The notes below the pieces were generated by a model that made no database searches, was not told the origin of the DNA, and was given only the letters and a program-made list of their open reading frames with translations. From Saprospiraceae bacterium (GTDB taxonomy: Bacteria > Bacteroidota > Bacteroidia > Chitinophagales > Saprospiraceae), in contig JAIYAP010000052.1 of the NCBI GenBank assembly GCA_027488935.1, forward strand, positions 18,518 to 82,517: a DNA stretch of 64,000 nucleotides, given 5' to 3'. Of the stretch, positions 8,534 through 17,462 are shown piece after piece. The first letter of the stretch is position 1, and each line of letters starts with the position of its first letter. Both the position numbers and the translations under genes were made by a program.

Positions 8534-10789
8534 ATGAAAAAGATCCTCGCATTGCTTTGGGCTTGCACTTTGAGCGCTTCTCTGTTTGCGCAATTGCCCG
8601 ATGGCTCTATTGCGCCCAATTTTACGGCCACCGACCTGAATGGCAACACCTGGAACCTGTATGACGTGCTCGATCAGGGCAAATCCGTAATTATCTCGTT
8701 TTCTGCAGCCTGGTCCGCTCCTGACTGGAATTACAGCAATACCAATATTTTGGAGCAATTTTATCAACTCCACGGACCGAATGGCGATAATACTTTGCGT
8801 GTTTTTTGGATAGAAGGAGATGTTAATACTTCCGTTGAATGCATCACCAATAGTCCGGGTTGTACTGGTTTTTCCCAAGGTGATTTTACCGCTGGAAAAA
8901 CCTACCCGTTTTTTGATGATGCAGATGCTAGCCTCATGACGGCTTATGCTATTAATTATTACCCGACGATTTTTTTAATTTGTTCCGATCGGGTATTAAA
9001 AGAAGTAGGTCAGGTAGGCGTGGTGGGACTTGAATATGAAGCCGATGGTTGTCCGGTAATTACCAGTACTTCCAAATTGATCACAGGATCGGTCGTCAAC
9101 GATGACAATTCAAATTGCTTAGTTGATAATGGTGAAGCAGTGCTTTCCAATTGGGGCGTCACCGTAAACGGCCAGAATAATACTAGTAACAGCACTTTTA
9201 CCAATGCCAATGGTGTATTCCGGGTGTATGTAGATTCCGTAAACACGCCCTTTACTTTGTCATTTACACCACCGAATCCATTGTGGACCAGTTGTTTGCC
9301 TGAGCCAATTCTGACAGCAAACGCCGCAGACACCATCATCGTGTACCATCCTGCTACGCCCGAGGTGCTTTGTCCCCAATTGCGTACCACCTTAGGCATT
9401 CCTTGGCTGCGCCGTTGTTTTGATAACACGTTTTCGGTGAAAGTTTGCAACGAAGGCTCCAGTAGCGCCCAAAACGCCTATGTAGATGTCACCTTGCCGT
9501 CCCCCGAACTGTTGCCGTTGAGTTCGGCTTCTATGCCTTATACCACCTTGTCGCCGGGCGTTTATCGCTTCGAACTTGGGGATCTTGCGATCGGTGCCTG
9601 TTTCAATTTGTTGCTTTCTGCGAAAGTTTCCTGTGATTCTACGCAAATTGGGCAAACCTTGTGCTTAGAAGCGCACGCCTATCCAGATACCCTATGTGTA
9701 CCTTTAAGTTCGAGCTGGAACGGAGCGAATATCGTGGTTAAAGCCACTTGTAATAACAATTCGCCGGAGTTTTCCATTCAAAATGAGGGCAATGCAGACA
9801 TGTTGGAGGCACAAGATTATATTGTAATTGAGGACGATGTAATGGTTTCAGAGGGTACCTTCCAGCTGAATGCAGGTGCTTCGCAGACCATTCCGGTAAC
9901 CAACAATGGTGCCACCTGGCGCGTAGAAGCATTACAAGTTCCCTTCCATCCTGTAAGTGGCAATCCCTCGGCATCCTTAGAGGGATGTACCGTATCTTCT
10001 AGTTTTTCAACCGGATTTGTACTGGGTTATCCAGTACATGATCCACTGCCCGCACAAGATATAGAATGTATGCAGGTCATTGGTTCCTGGGATCCCAACG
10101 ACAAAACCGGATTCCCCCTGGGCATCAGCAATCAGCATTTGATTTCCAAAAACACGGATATTGATTACCTCATTCGTTTTCAAAATACGGGTACGGATAC
10201 GGCTTTCAATATTGTGGTGCGCGATACCCTTTCGGCCAAATTAGATGCCCGATCTATTCGCTTGGGTGCATCCAGCCATGCTTATGAATACAGCCTGGAA
10301 AATGGTAACATCCTGGTATTCAACTTTAAAGACATAAAATTGGTGGATAGTTTTGCCAACGAACCAGGCTCTCATGGATATTTGCGTTTCAAAGTGGCGC
10401 AGCAACTCAACCTGGCAGCGGGCACTCAAATAGAAAACGAGGCAGCGATCTATTTTGATTTCAATCCGCCGATATTCACGAATACCACCTTGCATCGTAT
10501 TGGTGCGGTACCACATGTGTCGTCGGTGTACCATATAGCCGGGAAAAACAACCAGATCAGTGTTTATCCCAATCCGTTGAATGGCGCTTTATCCATCCGC
10601 ACGGAAACGGAACTGCCGCTTGAAAGCCGTTGGGTGCTGTATGATTTTGCGGGCCGCTTGATCAGTTCGGGCAATATGAACGGAAACATCGCCAGTATCG
10701 GGGCGGCTTTGAAAACAGAAGGTATGTATTATATTGGGTTTGTGGGTAAGGATGGGCAGTCGCTCGGTGGTGCCTTGATGAAAAATTAG
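8534..10789 (+). CDS. T9SS-secreted protein with Cys-less thioredoxin-like head, Cna-B/CARDB/DUF11-like stalk and type-A T9SS sorting domain
   Basis: Signal peptide MKKILALLWACTLSASLFAQ. TlpA/redoxin-like N-terminus with WSAPD in place of WCxxC. Stalk motifs DPNDK, RFQNTGTDTAF, SHGYLRF, IYFDFNPP. C-terminus ISVYPNPLNGALSI. Confidence 0.8.
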   Translation: MKKILALLWACTLSASLFAQLPDGSIAPNFTATDLNGNTWNLYDVLDQGKSVIISFSAAWSAPDWNYSNTNILEQFYQLHGPNGDNTLRVFWIEGDVNTSVECITNSPGCTGFSQGDFTAGKTYPFFDDADASLMTAYAINYYPTIFLICSDRVLKEVGQVGVVGLEYEADGCPVITSTSKLITGSVVNDDNSNCLVDNGEAVLSNWGVTVNGQNNTSNSTFTNANGVFRVYVDSVNTPFTLSFTPPNPLWTSCLPEPILTANAADTIIVYHPATPEVLCPQLRTTLGIPWLRRCFDNTFSVKVCNEGSSSAQNAYVDVTLPSPELLPLSSASMPYTTLSPGVYRFELGDLAIGACFNLLLSAKVSCDSTQIGQTLCLEAHAYPDTLCVPLSSSWNGANIVVKATCNNNSPEFSIQNEGNADMLEAQDYIVIEDDVMVSEGTFQLNAGASQTIPVTNNGATWRVEALQVPFHPVSGNPSASLEGCTVSSSFSTGFVLGYPVHDPLPAQDIECMQVIGSWDPNDKTGFPLGISNQHLISKNTDIDYLIRFQNTGTDTAFNIVVRDTLSAKLDARSIRLGASSHAYEYSLENGNILVFNFKDIKLVDSFANEPGSHGYLRFKVAQQLNLAAGTQIENEAAIYFDFNPPIFTNTTLHRIGAVPHVSSVYHIAGKNNQISVYPNPLNGALSIRTETELPLESRWVLYDFAGRLISSGNMNGNIASIGAALKTEGMYYIGFVGKDGQSLGGALMKN

Positions 10790-10803
10790 TGGATTTATTT
10801 CAG

Positions 10804-10848
10804 AAAAAGTGCCGTTCTGGTTATTTTGGACTGGAATGGCACTTTTTT
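10804..10848. terminator. Bidirectional intrinsic terminator
   Basis: aaaaagtgccgttctgg, a 10-nt loop, then ctggaatggcactttttt (G-U wobbles allowed). Confidence 0.7.
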
Positions 10849-10874
10849 ATTGGGAAAACATTAAACGATGCTGT

Positions 10875-11534
10875 CTATTTCAGTTCGTTCATGATCTCCT
10901 GTACAATTTCCCATCCCAAGCGTTCAGTCTCTTTTCGGTAGGCATCCAAATACAACCAGGTGAATTTTTTGGTCGATTTCCAAATGTTCTGCATAGGTTG
11001 TTCTTCATTCTGGATTACGCCAGCGCCTTCGCTGATCACCTGATTGTTTTCCTGCACCATGTAATCATATTCCAGGTTGATGGGGTAAGGCTTGAGGCTT
11101 TCTTCACTACCTGTCACATAGGATAGCAATAAGTAGATGGTGTATCCCTTGTTGGTGTATAGAAACTTTCCAGGTACCTGTTTTAAAGTGATTTCCAATC
11201 TTTTGCCCGCCAGCCAGTCCTTCAAATGCAGGCTGTCCGCAGCACGGTAAATACCCTCCCGGAGATAATTGGCTTTAACATCCTGGTTGAGTTCGCATGC
11301 AATGGTAGAGTTCCAGTTCCAATAAAAAATGGCGGGAATAAACTTGAATTTCAACTGTTTGCAATCGTTTCCGGCTGACTGGGCAGTTGCCGCATTTACC
11401 TGCAACCACTCTTTCGGCTCCGGTGGGGTGCGGTAAGGTTTTACTTTTTGGTCTACAAACGTTGCATATTTTTGGGTGGATACGCAATTCGAAAACAAAA
11501 GCCCCAAAAACGCGAAGAGGAGGAGTTTTTTCAT
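10875..11534 (-). CDS. Hypothetical lipoprotein
   Basis: Lipoprotein signal MKKLLLFAFLGLLFSNC. 219 aa. No recognised domain. Confidence 0.6.
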   Translation of the reverse strand: MKKLLLFAFLGLLFSNCVSTQKYATFVDQKVKPYRTPPEPKEWLQVNAATAQSAGNDCKQLKFKFIPAIFYWNWNSTIACELNQDVKANYLREGIYRAADSLHLKDWLAGKRLEITLKQVPGKFLYTNKGYTIYLLLSYVTGSEESLKPYPINLEYDYMVQENNQVISEGAGVIQNEEQPMQNIWKSTKKFTWLYLDAYRKETERLGWEIVQEIMNELK

Positions 11535-11815
11535 TTTTGTAAAATAAATTTAGCAGACTTATTATGGTGGGAAGTTAAAAGCGGCATAAAAATGACCATA
11601 CTTCGTACAAAAATAAGACTTTCAGGAGGAATAAAAAAACTGCGGTACCGATTGCACGCGATAAATATACACATTCAAGATAACGAGCGTAGACTTTGCG
11701 GGACGAATTGCAAGATTCTATGTCTAGGAAATGGATTTGGGTGACCGGATAGATTGACAAAATTTTACGCTCACCCCAAAACCCCACCTTTCCTACCGCC
11801 CCCGCCCCATTTCCC

Positions 11816-11874
11816 AAAAAATAATTTCAAGCATATAGATAACTATATACGTTCTTTTACTAAATTTGCCTCGT
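11816..11874 (+). promoter_or_regulatory. Promoter/operator module upstream of acs (copy 2 of 2)
   Basis: Same palindrome at 11833-11848 and the same TAAATTTG box. 53 of 59 nt are identical to copy 1. Confidence 0.6.
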
Positions 11875-11932
11875 GCTAAACCGGAACAGGGTAGCGCACA
11901 ATTTCTTCTTCACCTACTTTACCGTTACCACT

Positions 11933-13831
11933 ATGACATTGCAAATCAAATCCCTCGAACAATACCATACCGAATATGCCCGCAGCGTAGCCGATCCCGA
12001 AGGATTTTGGGCCGAACAGGCATCCACATTTCAATGGCGCAAGCCCTGGAAAAAAGTGTTGCAATGGAACTTCCGCACTGCGGATATCAAGTGGTTCGTG
12101 GGCGGCAAACTCAATATCACAGAAAATTGCCTCGACCGGCACTTAGCCACCCGGGGAAAACAGGTGGCGATCCTCTGGGAACCCAACGATCCCAACTCGA
12201 AAGTGCGCAAAATCACCTACAAACAATTGCATGGCCTGGTAGGTCAGTTTGCCAATGCCTTAAAGGCACAAGGGGTAAAAAAAGGCGATCGGGTGTGTAT
12301 TTATATGCCGATGACGCCCGAACTGACCATCGCCGTACTCGCATGCGCACGCTTGGGTGCGATCCACTCGGTGGTTTTTGCCGGTTTCAGTGCAATTTCG
12401 CTGGCAGATCGGATCAAAGATGCCCAGGCGACCGTGGTACTTACCTCCGATTACAACGCACGCGGCGCTAAAAATATTCCGGTCAAACAAGTCGTAGACG
12501 AGGCGCTGGCCATGGGCTGCGATTCGGTACAAACGGTGATCGTACACCAACATACCGGCGAAAAAGTCAATTGGACAGAAGGCCGCGACATTTGGTGGCA
12601 CGATGCGATAGAAGGTAAGCGCAAAGCCTGCAAAGCAACACCGGTCGACAGTGAAGACCCGTTGTTTATCCTCTACACCTCCGGCTCTACAGGCAAACCC
12701 AAGGGTGTGGTGCATAGTCAAGGCGGCTACATGGTATACAGCGAATATACCTTCCGCAACGTATTCAATTATCAGGACGGCGAGGTGTACTGGTGTACGG
12801 CTGATATTGGCTGGATTACCGGCCACTCCTATATTATATATGGTCCGTTGCTGGCAGGCGCAACCTCGGTGATGTTTGAAGGTGTGCCAACTTACCCGGA
12901 TGCAGGCCGCTTTTGGGATGTAATTAAACGCCACAAAGTGAATATTTTCTATACGGCACCGACGGCGATTCGTGCTTTGATGGCGGCAGGCGATCAGTTT
13001 ATCAAGGGGCGCCGCATGCCGTCTTTGCGGGTGCTGGGTACTGTAGGCGAACCGATTAATGAAGAAGCCTGGAACTGGTACAACGAAAAAGTAGGCAAAA
13101 AACGCTGCCCAATTGTGGATACCTGGTGGCAAACGGAAACAGGCGGCATTATGATTACCCCAATTGCGGGCGTGACTCCGTTGAAACCCTGTTTTGCAAC
13201 CCTGCCTTTGCCGGGTGTGCAGCCCTGTCTGGTCGATGCCAATGGACATGAAATAGAAGGAAATGACGTAGAAGGTATGTTGTGTATCAAATTCCCGTGG
13301 CCTTCCATCATCCGCACAACGTATGGCGACCACGAACGGTGCCGCCAAACGTATTTTGCGACTTTTAAAGATAAATATTTTACCGGAGATGGCGCGCGCC
13401 GCGACGAAGATGGTTACTACCGCATCATCGGTCGGGTAGATGACGTGATCAATGTGTCTGGTCATCGCATCGGTACCGCCGAAGTGGAAGATGCGATTAA
13501 TAAAACCCCGCATGTGGTGGAATCTGCAGTGGTGGGTTATCCGCACGACATCAAGGGACAGGGCATTTATGCGTATGTAATCGTGGAAATGGCCATTGAA
13601 GACGTGGTTGCTTTCCGCAAAACCATCCTGGATACGGTAAGTAAAGAAATTGGCCCGATCGCCAAACCCGATAAAATTCAGATTGTGCCTGGTTTGCCAA
13701 AAACACGTTCGGGTAAAATTATGCGCCGTATTTTGCGTAAAATCGCGGAAGGTGACACCTCCAATTTGGGCGATATTTCAACGTTGTTAAACCCGGAAGT
13801 GGTGGAAGATATTAAAGACGGCGCCCGGTAG
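11933..13831 (+). CDS. acs: Acetyl-CoA synthetase (AMP-forming)
   Basis: YTSGSTGKPKG, WWQTETGG and PKTRSGKIMRRILRKIA motifs. About 632 aa from the internal ATG (MTLQIKSLEQYHTEYARSVADPEGFWAEQA). Confidence 0.9.
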   Translation: MTLQIKSLEQYHTEYARSVADPEGFWAEQASTFQWRKPWKKVLQWNFRTADIKWFVGGKLNITENCLDRHLATRGKQVAILWEPNDPNSKVRKITYKQLHGLVGQFANALKAQGVKKGDRVCIYMPMTPELTIAVLACARLGAIHSVVFAGFSAISLADRIKDAQATVVLTSDYNARGAKNIPVKQVVDEALAMGCDSVQTVIVHQHTGEKVNWTEGRDIWWHDAIEGKRKACKATPVDSEDPLFILYTSGSTGKPKGVVHSQGGYMVYSEYTFRNVFNYQDGEVYWCTADIGWITGHSYIIYGPLLAGATSVMFEGVPTYPDAGRFWDVIKRHKVNIFYTAPTAIRALMAAGDQFIKGRRMPSLRVLGTVGEPINEEAWNWYNEKVGKKRCPIVDTWWQTETGGIMITPIAGVTPLKPCFATLPLPGVQPCLVDANGHEIEGNDVEGMLCIKFPWPSIIRTTYGDHERCRQTYFATFKDKYFTGDGARRDEDGYYRIIGRVDDVINVSGHRIGTAEVEDAINKTPHVVESAVVGYPHDIKGQGIYAYVIVEMAIEDVVAFRKTILDTVSKEIGPIAKPDKIQIVPGLPKTRSGKIMRRILRKIAEGDTSNLGDISTLLNPEVVEDIKDGAR

Positions 13832-13952
13832 GGACAAGTCGCGACTTGTCCCAATCACGTGTGCCCGTCATGGACAAGTCGCGATGGATTAGGACAAATC
13901 GCGATGTGTACGGACAAATCGCGATTTGTCCATACGAGGCCGCGATTTGCCC
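13831..13952. repeat. Cluster of REP-like GGACAA(A/G)TCGCGA motifs, including two perfect 20-22-nt palindromes
   Basis: GGGACAAGTCGCGACTTGTCCC at 13831-13852. Half-sites at about 13872 and about 13892. GGACAAATCGCGATTTGTCC at 13912-13931. A degenerate copy at about 13938-13952. Confidence 0.85.
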
Positions 13953-13986
13953 GCGCCTGGTATCATATTCCCAAAATAACCTACAC

Positions 13987-16900
13987 ATGCGCCAACTCCA
14001 GCTCCTATTACTGTTCTGCCTTGGAACAACAGCCGCTTTGCTTGCTCAAAGCACCGCTTCTTTCCCACTCACCACCATTGCGACCGAAGACCACAGCGGC
14101 TTCCCACAGCATATTAAAGAAATTGTCCGCTCGGGCAGTAACTTATTTGCCGTTCTGACAGATTACGAACACCAGAATTCACAAAGCCGGTTGTATAAAA
14201 GCAGCGACAATGGCGTAAACTGGGCGCCGATACCGTTTTTCGATGACCAGGATGTATTAAATGTTCGGGCAAATGGTGACACGATCTGGGTCTTTAGAGC
14301 CGATTACCTGACAAGTTTTATTCGAATTACTGGCTATCGCTCCGTCAATGCAGGTCAGAATTTCACCCAGGTCCTTACGTTCACAGAATCTTTGTCCAGT
14401 GGTGGCGGATATTTTTACCCCGATCAGTTAGAGGAGTCGGGTAATGTGTTGTTTTTCAGTGTGCGTTTTGACAAAAGCGGCATAAAGCGTTACCGGCGCT
14501 ATTATTCCATAGATCGGGGGGCTAGTTGGTTGGCTTCCAGTGGAACCTATCAAAATGCCAGTTGTAGAACCTTGTATGCGCAAGGCAATTATTACCGTTT
14601 TCAACAAGGTACCAGTTTTGTCTTATGCGCGCCCACACCGGATATGGCCAATCCAACAGCCGTAAACCTTGGATCGACGCAGGATTTGTTGGAAGCGTAT
14701 CTGAAAAATGACACCCTTTTTGCTGTGTCCAAAACCGGGAAAGTGTTTTACAAAAAAGCGCCTTTTAATACAGGGAGTTATCAGCAGGCGACGCCCTTGC
14801 CTTTTGAACCAAGGTGCGTATTGGCAAGCAATGGTTTTTGGCATTATTTTACCCAATATGGCGGTTTTTACCGCGCTCCCTTGTCTGATCCATCTGCTGC
14901 GGTGGCAACTGGATTTTATCCATATAAATACGATTTTAGCATTTATGCATACTATCCCTTGCGCAATTTTGGGGTGGTAGACAATCAGTTATACTTATTT
15001 GGTAAAATTCCATTGGTGTCACAAGATCAAGGCCTGAATTGGGACTTCCCGACTGGAAATTTCCCACGCATGTCGGGCTCTTTATCTTATGTTAATCAGG
15101 AACTTTGGATGCGGCAGGGATTTATCGGGCGTTACCGCAACGGTGCCTGGCAAGCATATCACACAGAAGGCTTGCCCACTGCTGTTACCTACAATTGGAA
15201 CAGGGTCGTGGAGGTACAGGGCGCGCAATATGTGCTCAGTAACCAAACCCTCCCTTCCAAACTTTACAGCTCCGATGATGGAGGCGACCATTGGACGTTT
15301 GTGCGCAACTTTGATGGCTATTGCTATTTGAGCACCGATTTGGATCAAAAACGCCTGTTAGTCGTAGCGTACGTAAACGTAAATCCAACCGGGATCTGGT
15401 ATTCGGATGATTTCGGCAGTACCTGGGCCATGATTCCGGGTGCGCCTGGCGCAAAAACGGTGCTGGTCAAAGGTGATACTGTTTTTGCTGTCCAAAACGG
15501 CAAACTATTTAGCACTACCAACCTGGGGCAACAATGGCAAAGTAGCACCCTTACCTATCCGGTTACGACCAACCTTTTTGAGGACAAAACACTACTTTTT
15601 TGGCAAGCAAACAAATTATTGCTGGCCGCAGGGAGCGATAATGGCGGACATGCTTACTTAAGTTTAGACATGGGCCAGTCCTTTTTACCTGTTTTTGATT
15701 TTGATTATATTTATCATTCGGATGATTTGCTGGTATTTACAGATCAAGGAGTTACGCATGTTTCTAAAAACTTGGGCGTCAGTGGGTTGCGGTTTTGGAA
15801 TAATGATTGGTCCTTTTTTCGGCAGTCTTTCACCATTGCAGACGGGTTTTTATATGCTGCCGTTATAGAAGGCACCAGCAATGCTATACTGGAAAAAGTG
15901 GGCCGCACCAATTTGACACCCATCCGAGATAGTTTACAAAACAGTGCAGCAGGCTTTGTTAAGGGCCGGGTTTTTCTGGATTATAATCAAAATTGCATAG
16001 AAGATGCGGGCGATGCACCGCTGTTTGAGCAAATCTTGGTGTTTCAACCAGGAAATCACATCGCAGTGTCCAATCCGGATGGTTCCGTGTACCGCAGTTT
16101 GCCAGTGGGCAACTATACCTTGTCGGTAGCGCCTCCTGCCTTTATTGCTACCAATATCTGTGTGGATCCTGCCATGGTTGCGATTGAGGTAGATTCGGTT
16201 CGTACGTTCAAAGCGGGTATTACAGCTACCGTTAACCCAGACCTGGAGGTAAGCCTGGCCGGTTCAGCGATTCGTCCGGGAAGGCCCGTTTATTATAATG
16301 TTACGGTCAAAAATGTAGGTTTTGTTCCAGCATTGAGCACCGTTTTAAGCATCACCTTTCCCGATAATATTCTGTTGTATGAATCGGCCAACAACACACC
16401 TGTAACCATTCAAGCGGGAAAATTACAGTTTTCAGTGCCGGATTTAGCGCCACAGGCAAGCATAACAGTCCAAATTACCTTTAATGTACCACCCGATCCA
16501 AATTTAACTGGGTCCTTGGTTTTGGTAGAGGCAATCCTCGAAGCACCCTATACCGACGCCAACAACCAAAATAATACTGCAAAATCGATTGTAACGATCA
16601 CCAATAGTTATGATCCCAACGACAAAACAGCCATTACCGCAGCGGCACCTTACGATGTGATGCCGGTTGCCGATAAATCCCTGCAATACCGCATTCGTTT
16701 TCAAAATACCGGAAACGATACCGCTTTTACGGTAGTGGTCGTGGATACCTTGTCTGATCGACTCGATTGGAGCACCTTCAAAATGCTCAGCGCCAGCCAT
16801 CCTTATCGGTTACAGGTGCAGGATCCGGGTATTTTAATCTGGAAATTTGATCCTATTCTATTGCCCGACAGCAACCGAAACGAGGCCGCCTCGCATGGGT

Positions 16901-17322
16901 ATATATTGTTCAGCATCAAGCCCAAACCCAATATTCTGATTGGCGAAGTTTTGCACAATCTTGCAGCAATTTACTTCGATTTTAATCCCCCCGTGCTGAC
17001 CAATGCCACCCATACGAAAGTAGTGCGCAGGGTAATCTTCCGAGATGTTGAGCCGTTGGAAACCAGTGCCACAGCCACAGCATTTCAAATATCACCAAAT
17101 CCTGCTGTAGATCGAATCCAATTGCAGTTTGGAAAGCAACGCGAAAGTGAAGGAAGGGTATGGTTGTATGATGGTTTGGGCCGTATGGTGCGTACAGCCT
17201 TGCTGCCAGCACAAACCGAACGTTTTGATTGGGCATTGCCGGGGCTCGACGCCGGGACTTATTGGCTACGTTGGCAGGACGGCGATCAGGTGTGCGATCA
17301 AAAATTAGTTATTTTGCATTAA
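13987..17322 (+). CDS. T9SS-secreted protein with BNR/Asp-box beta-propeller head, Cna-B/CARDB/DUF11-like stalk and type-A T9SS sorting domain
   Basis: Signal peptide MRQLQLLLLFCLGTTAALLAQ at the internal ATG 13987. Asp-box repeats SSDNGVNW, SIDRGASW, SSDDGGDHW, SDDFGSTW, TTNLGQQW. Stalk motifs DPNDK, RFQNTGNDTAF, SHGYILF, IYFDFNPP. C-terminus QISPNPAVDRIQLQF. Confidence 0.8.
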   Translation: MRQLQLLLLFCLGTTAALLAQSTASFPLTTIATEDHSGFPQHIKEIVRSGSNLFAVLTDYEHQNSQSRLYKSSDNGVNWAPIPFFDDQDVLNVRANGDTIWVFRADYLTSFIRITGYRSVNAGQNFTQVLTFTESLSSGGGYFYPDQLEESGNVLFFSVRFDKSGIKRYRRYYSIDRGASWLASSGTYQNASCRTLYAQGNYYRFQQGTSFVLCAPTPDMANPTAVNLGSTQDLLEAYLKNDTLFAVSKTGKVFYKKAPFNTGSYQQATPLPFEPRCVLASNGFWHYFTQYGGFYRAPLSDPSAAVATGFYPYKYDFSIYAYYPLRNFGVVDNQLYLFGKIPLVSQDQGLNWDFPTGNFPRMSGSLSYVNQELWMRQGFIGRYRNGAWQAYHTEGLPTAVTYNWNRVVEVQGAQYVLSNQTLPSKLYSSDDGGDHWTFVRNFDGYCYLSTDLDQKRLLVVAYVNVNPTGIWYSDDFGSTWAMIPGAPGAKTVLVKGDTVFAVQNGKLFSTTNLGQQWQSSTLTYPVTTNLFEDKTLLFWQANKLLLAAGSDNGGHAYLSLDMGQSFLPVFDFDYIYHSDDLLVFTDQGVTHVSKNLGVSGLRFWNNDWSFFRQSFTIADGFLYAAVIEGTSNAILEKVGRTNLTPIRDSLQNSAAGFVKGRVFLDYNQNCIEDAGDAPLFEQILVFQPGNHIAVSNPDGSVYRSLPVGNYTLSVAPPAFIATNICVDPAMVAIEVDSVRTFKAGITATVNPDLEVSLAGSAIRPGRPVYYNVTVKNVGFVPALSTVLSITFPDNILLYESANNTPVTIQAGKLQFSVPDLAPQASITVQITFNVPPDPNLTGSLVLVEAILEAPYTDANNQNNTAKSIVTITNSYDPNDKTAITAAAPYDVMPVADKSLQYRIRFQNTGNDTAFTVVVVDTLSDRLDWSTFKMLSASHPYRLQVQDPGILIWKFDPILLPDSNRNEAASHGYILFSIKPKPNILIGEVLHNLAAIYFDFNPPVLTNATHTKVVRRVIFRDVEPLETSATATAFQISPNPAVDRIQLQFGKQRESEGRVWLYDGLGRMVRTALLPAQTERFDWALPGLDAGTYWLRWQDGDQVCDQKLVILH

Positions 17323-17392
17323 ATCATGCCTTTTGAGTACTTTTTGAACGACAATTGCGGTAAACTCGTTTTTTGGCTGATTGTTTGCTTAT

Positions 17393-17453
17393 CGGAATTA
17401 TCGGTTTTGAGGATTTCAGTAGACTACAGAATCCCTCAAAACCGATAATTCCG
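17393..17453 (+). other. Perfect 20-bp hairpin immediately upstream of the sensor kinase start codon
   Basis: cggaattatcggttttgagg (17393-17412) pairs with cctcaaaaccgataattccg (17434-17453). The loop is 21 nt. Confidence 0.8.
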
Positions 17454-17462
17454 GCATGTGAC

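Noticed and set aside
8156-8878. 240-aa minus-strand ORF spanning the divergent intergenic region.
   Set aside because: It runs through the AT-rich promoter region and overlaps the 5' ends of two well-supported genes. The composition (Ile/Lys/Phe runs) reflects AT-rich non-coding DNA.
12260-13546. 428-aa minus-strand ORF antisense to acs. Similar long antisense ORFs occur at 31246-32565 (439 aa, inside the ABC-F gene), 21308-22087 (inside lysS), 5133-5732 (inside prpE) and 41765-42451 (inside actA).
   Set aside because: Each lies entirely opposite a gene with unmistakable family motifs. The translations are Arg/His/Cys/Phe-rich with no recognisable motif, as expected for stop-poor antisense frames. 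None has its own promoter or terminator context.
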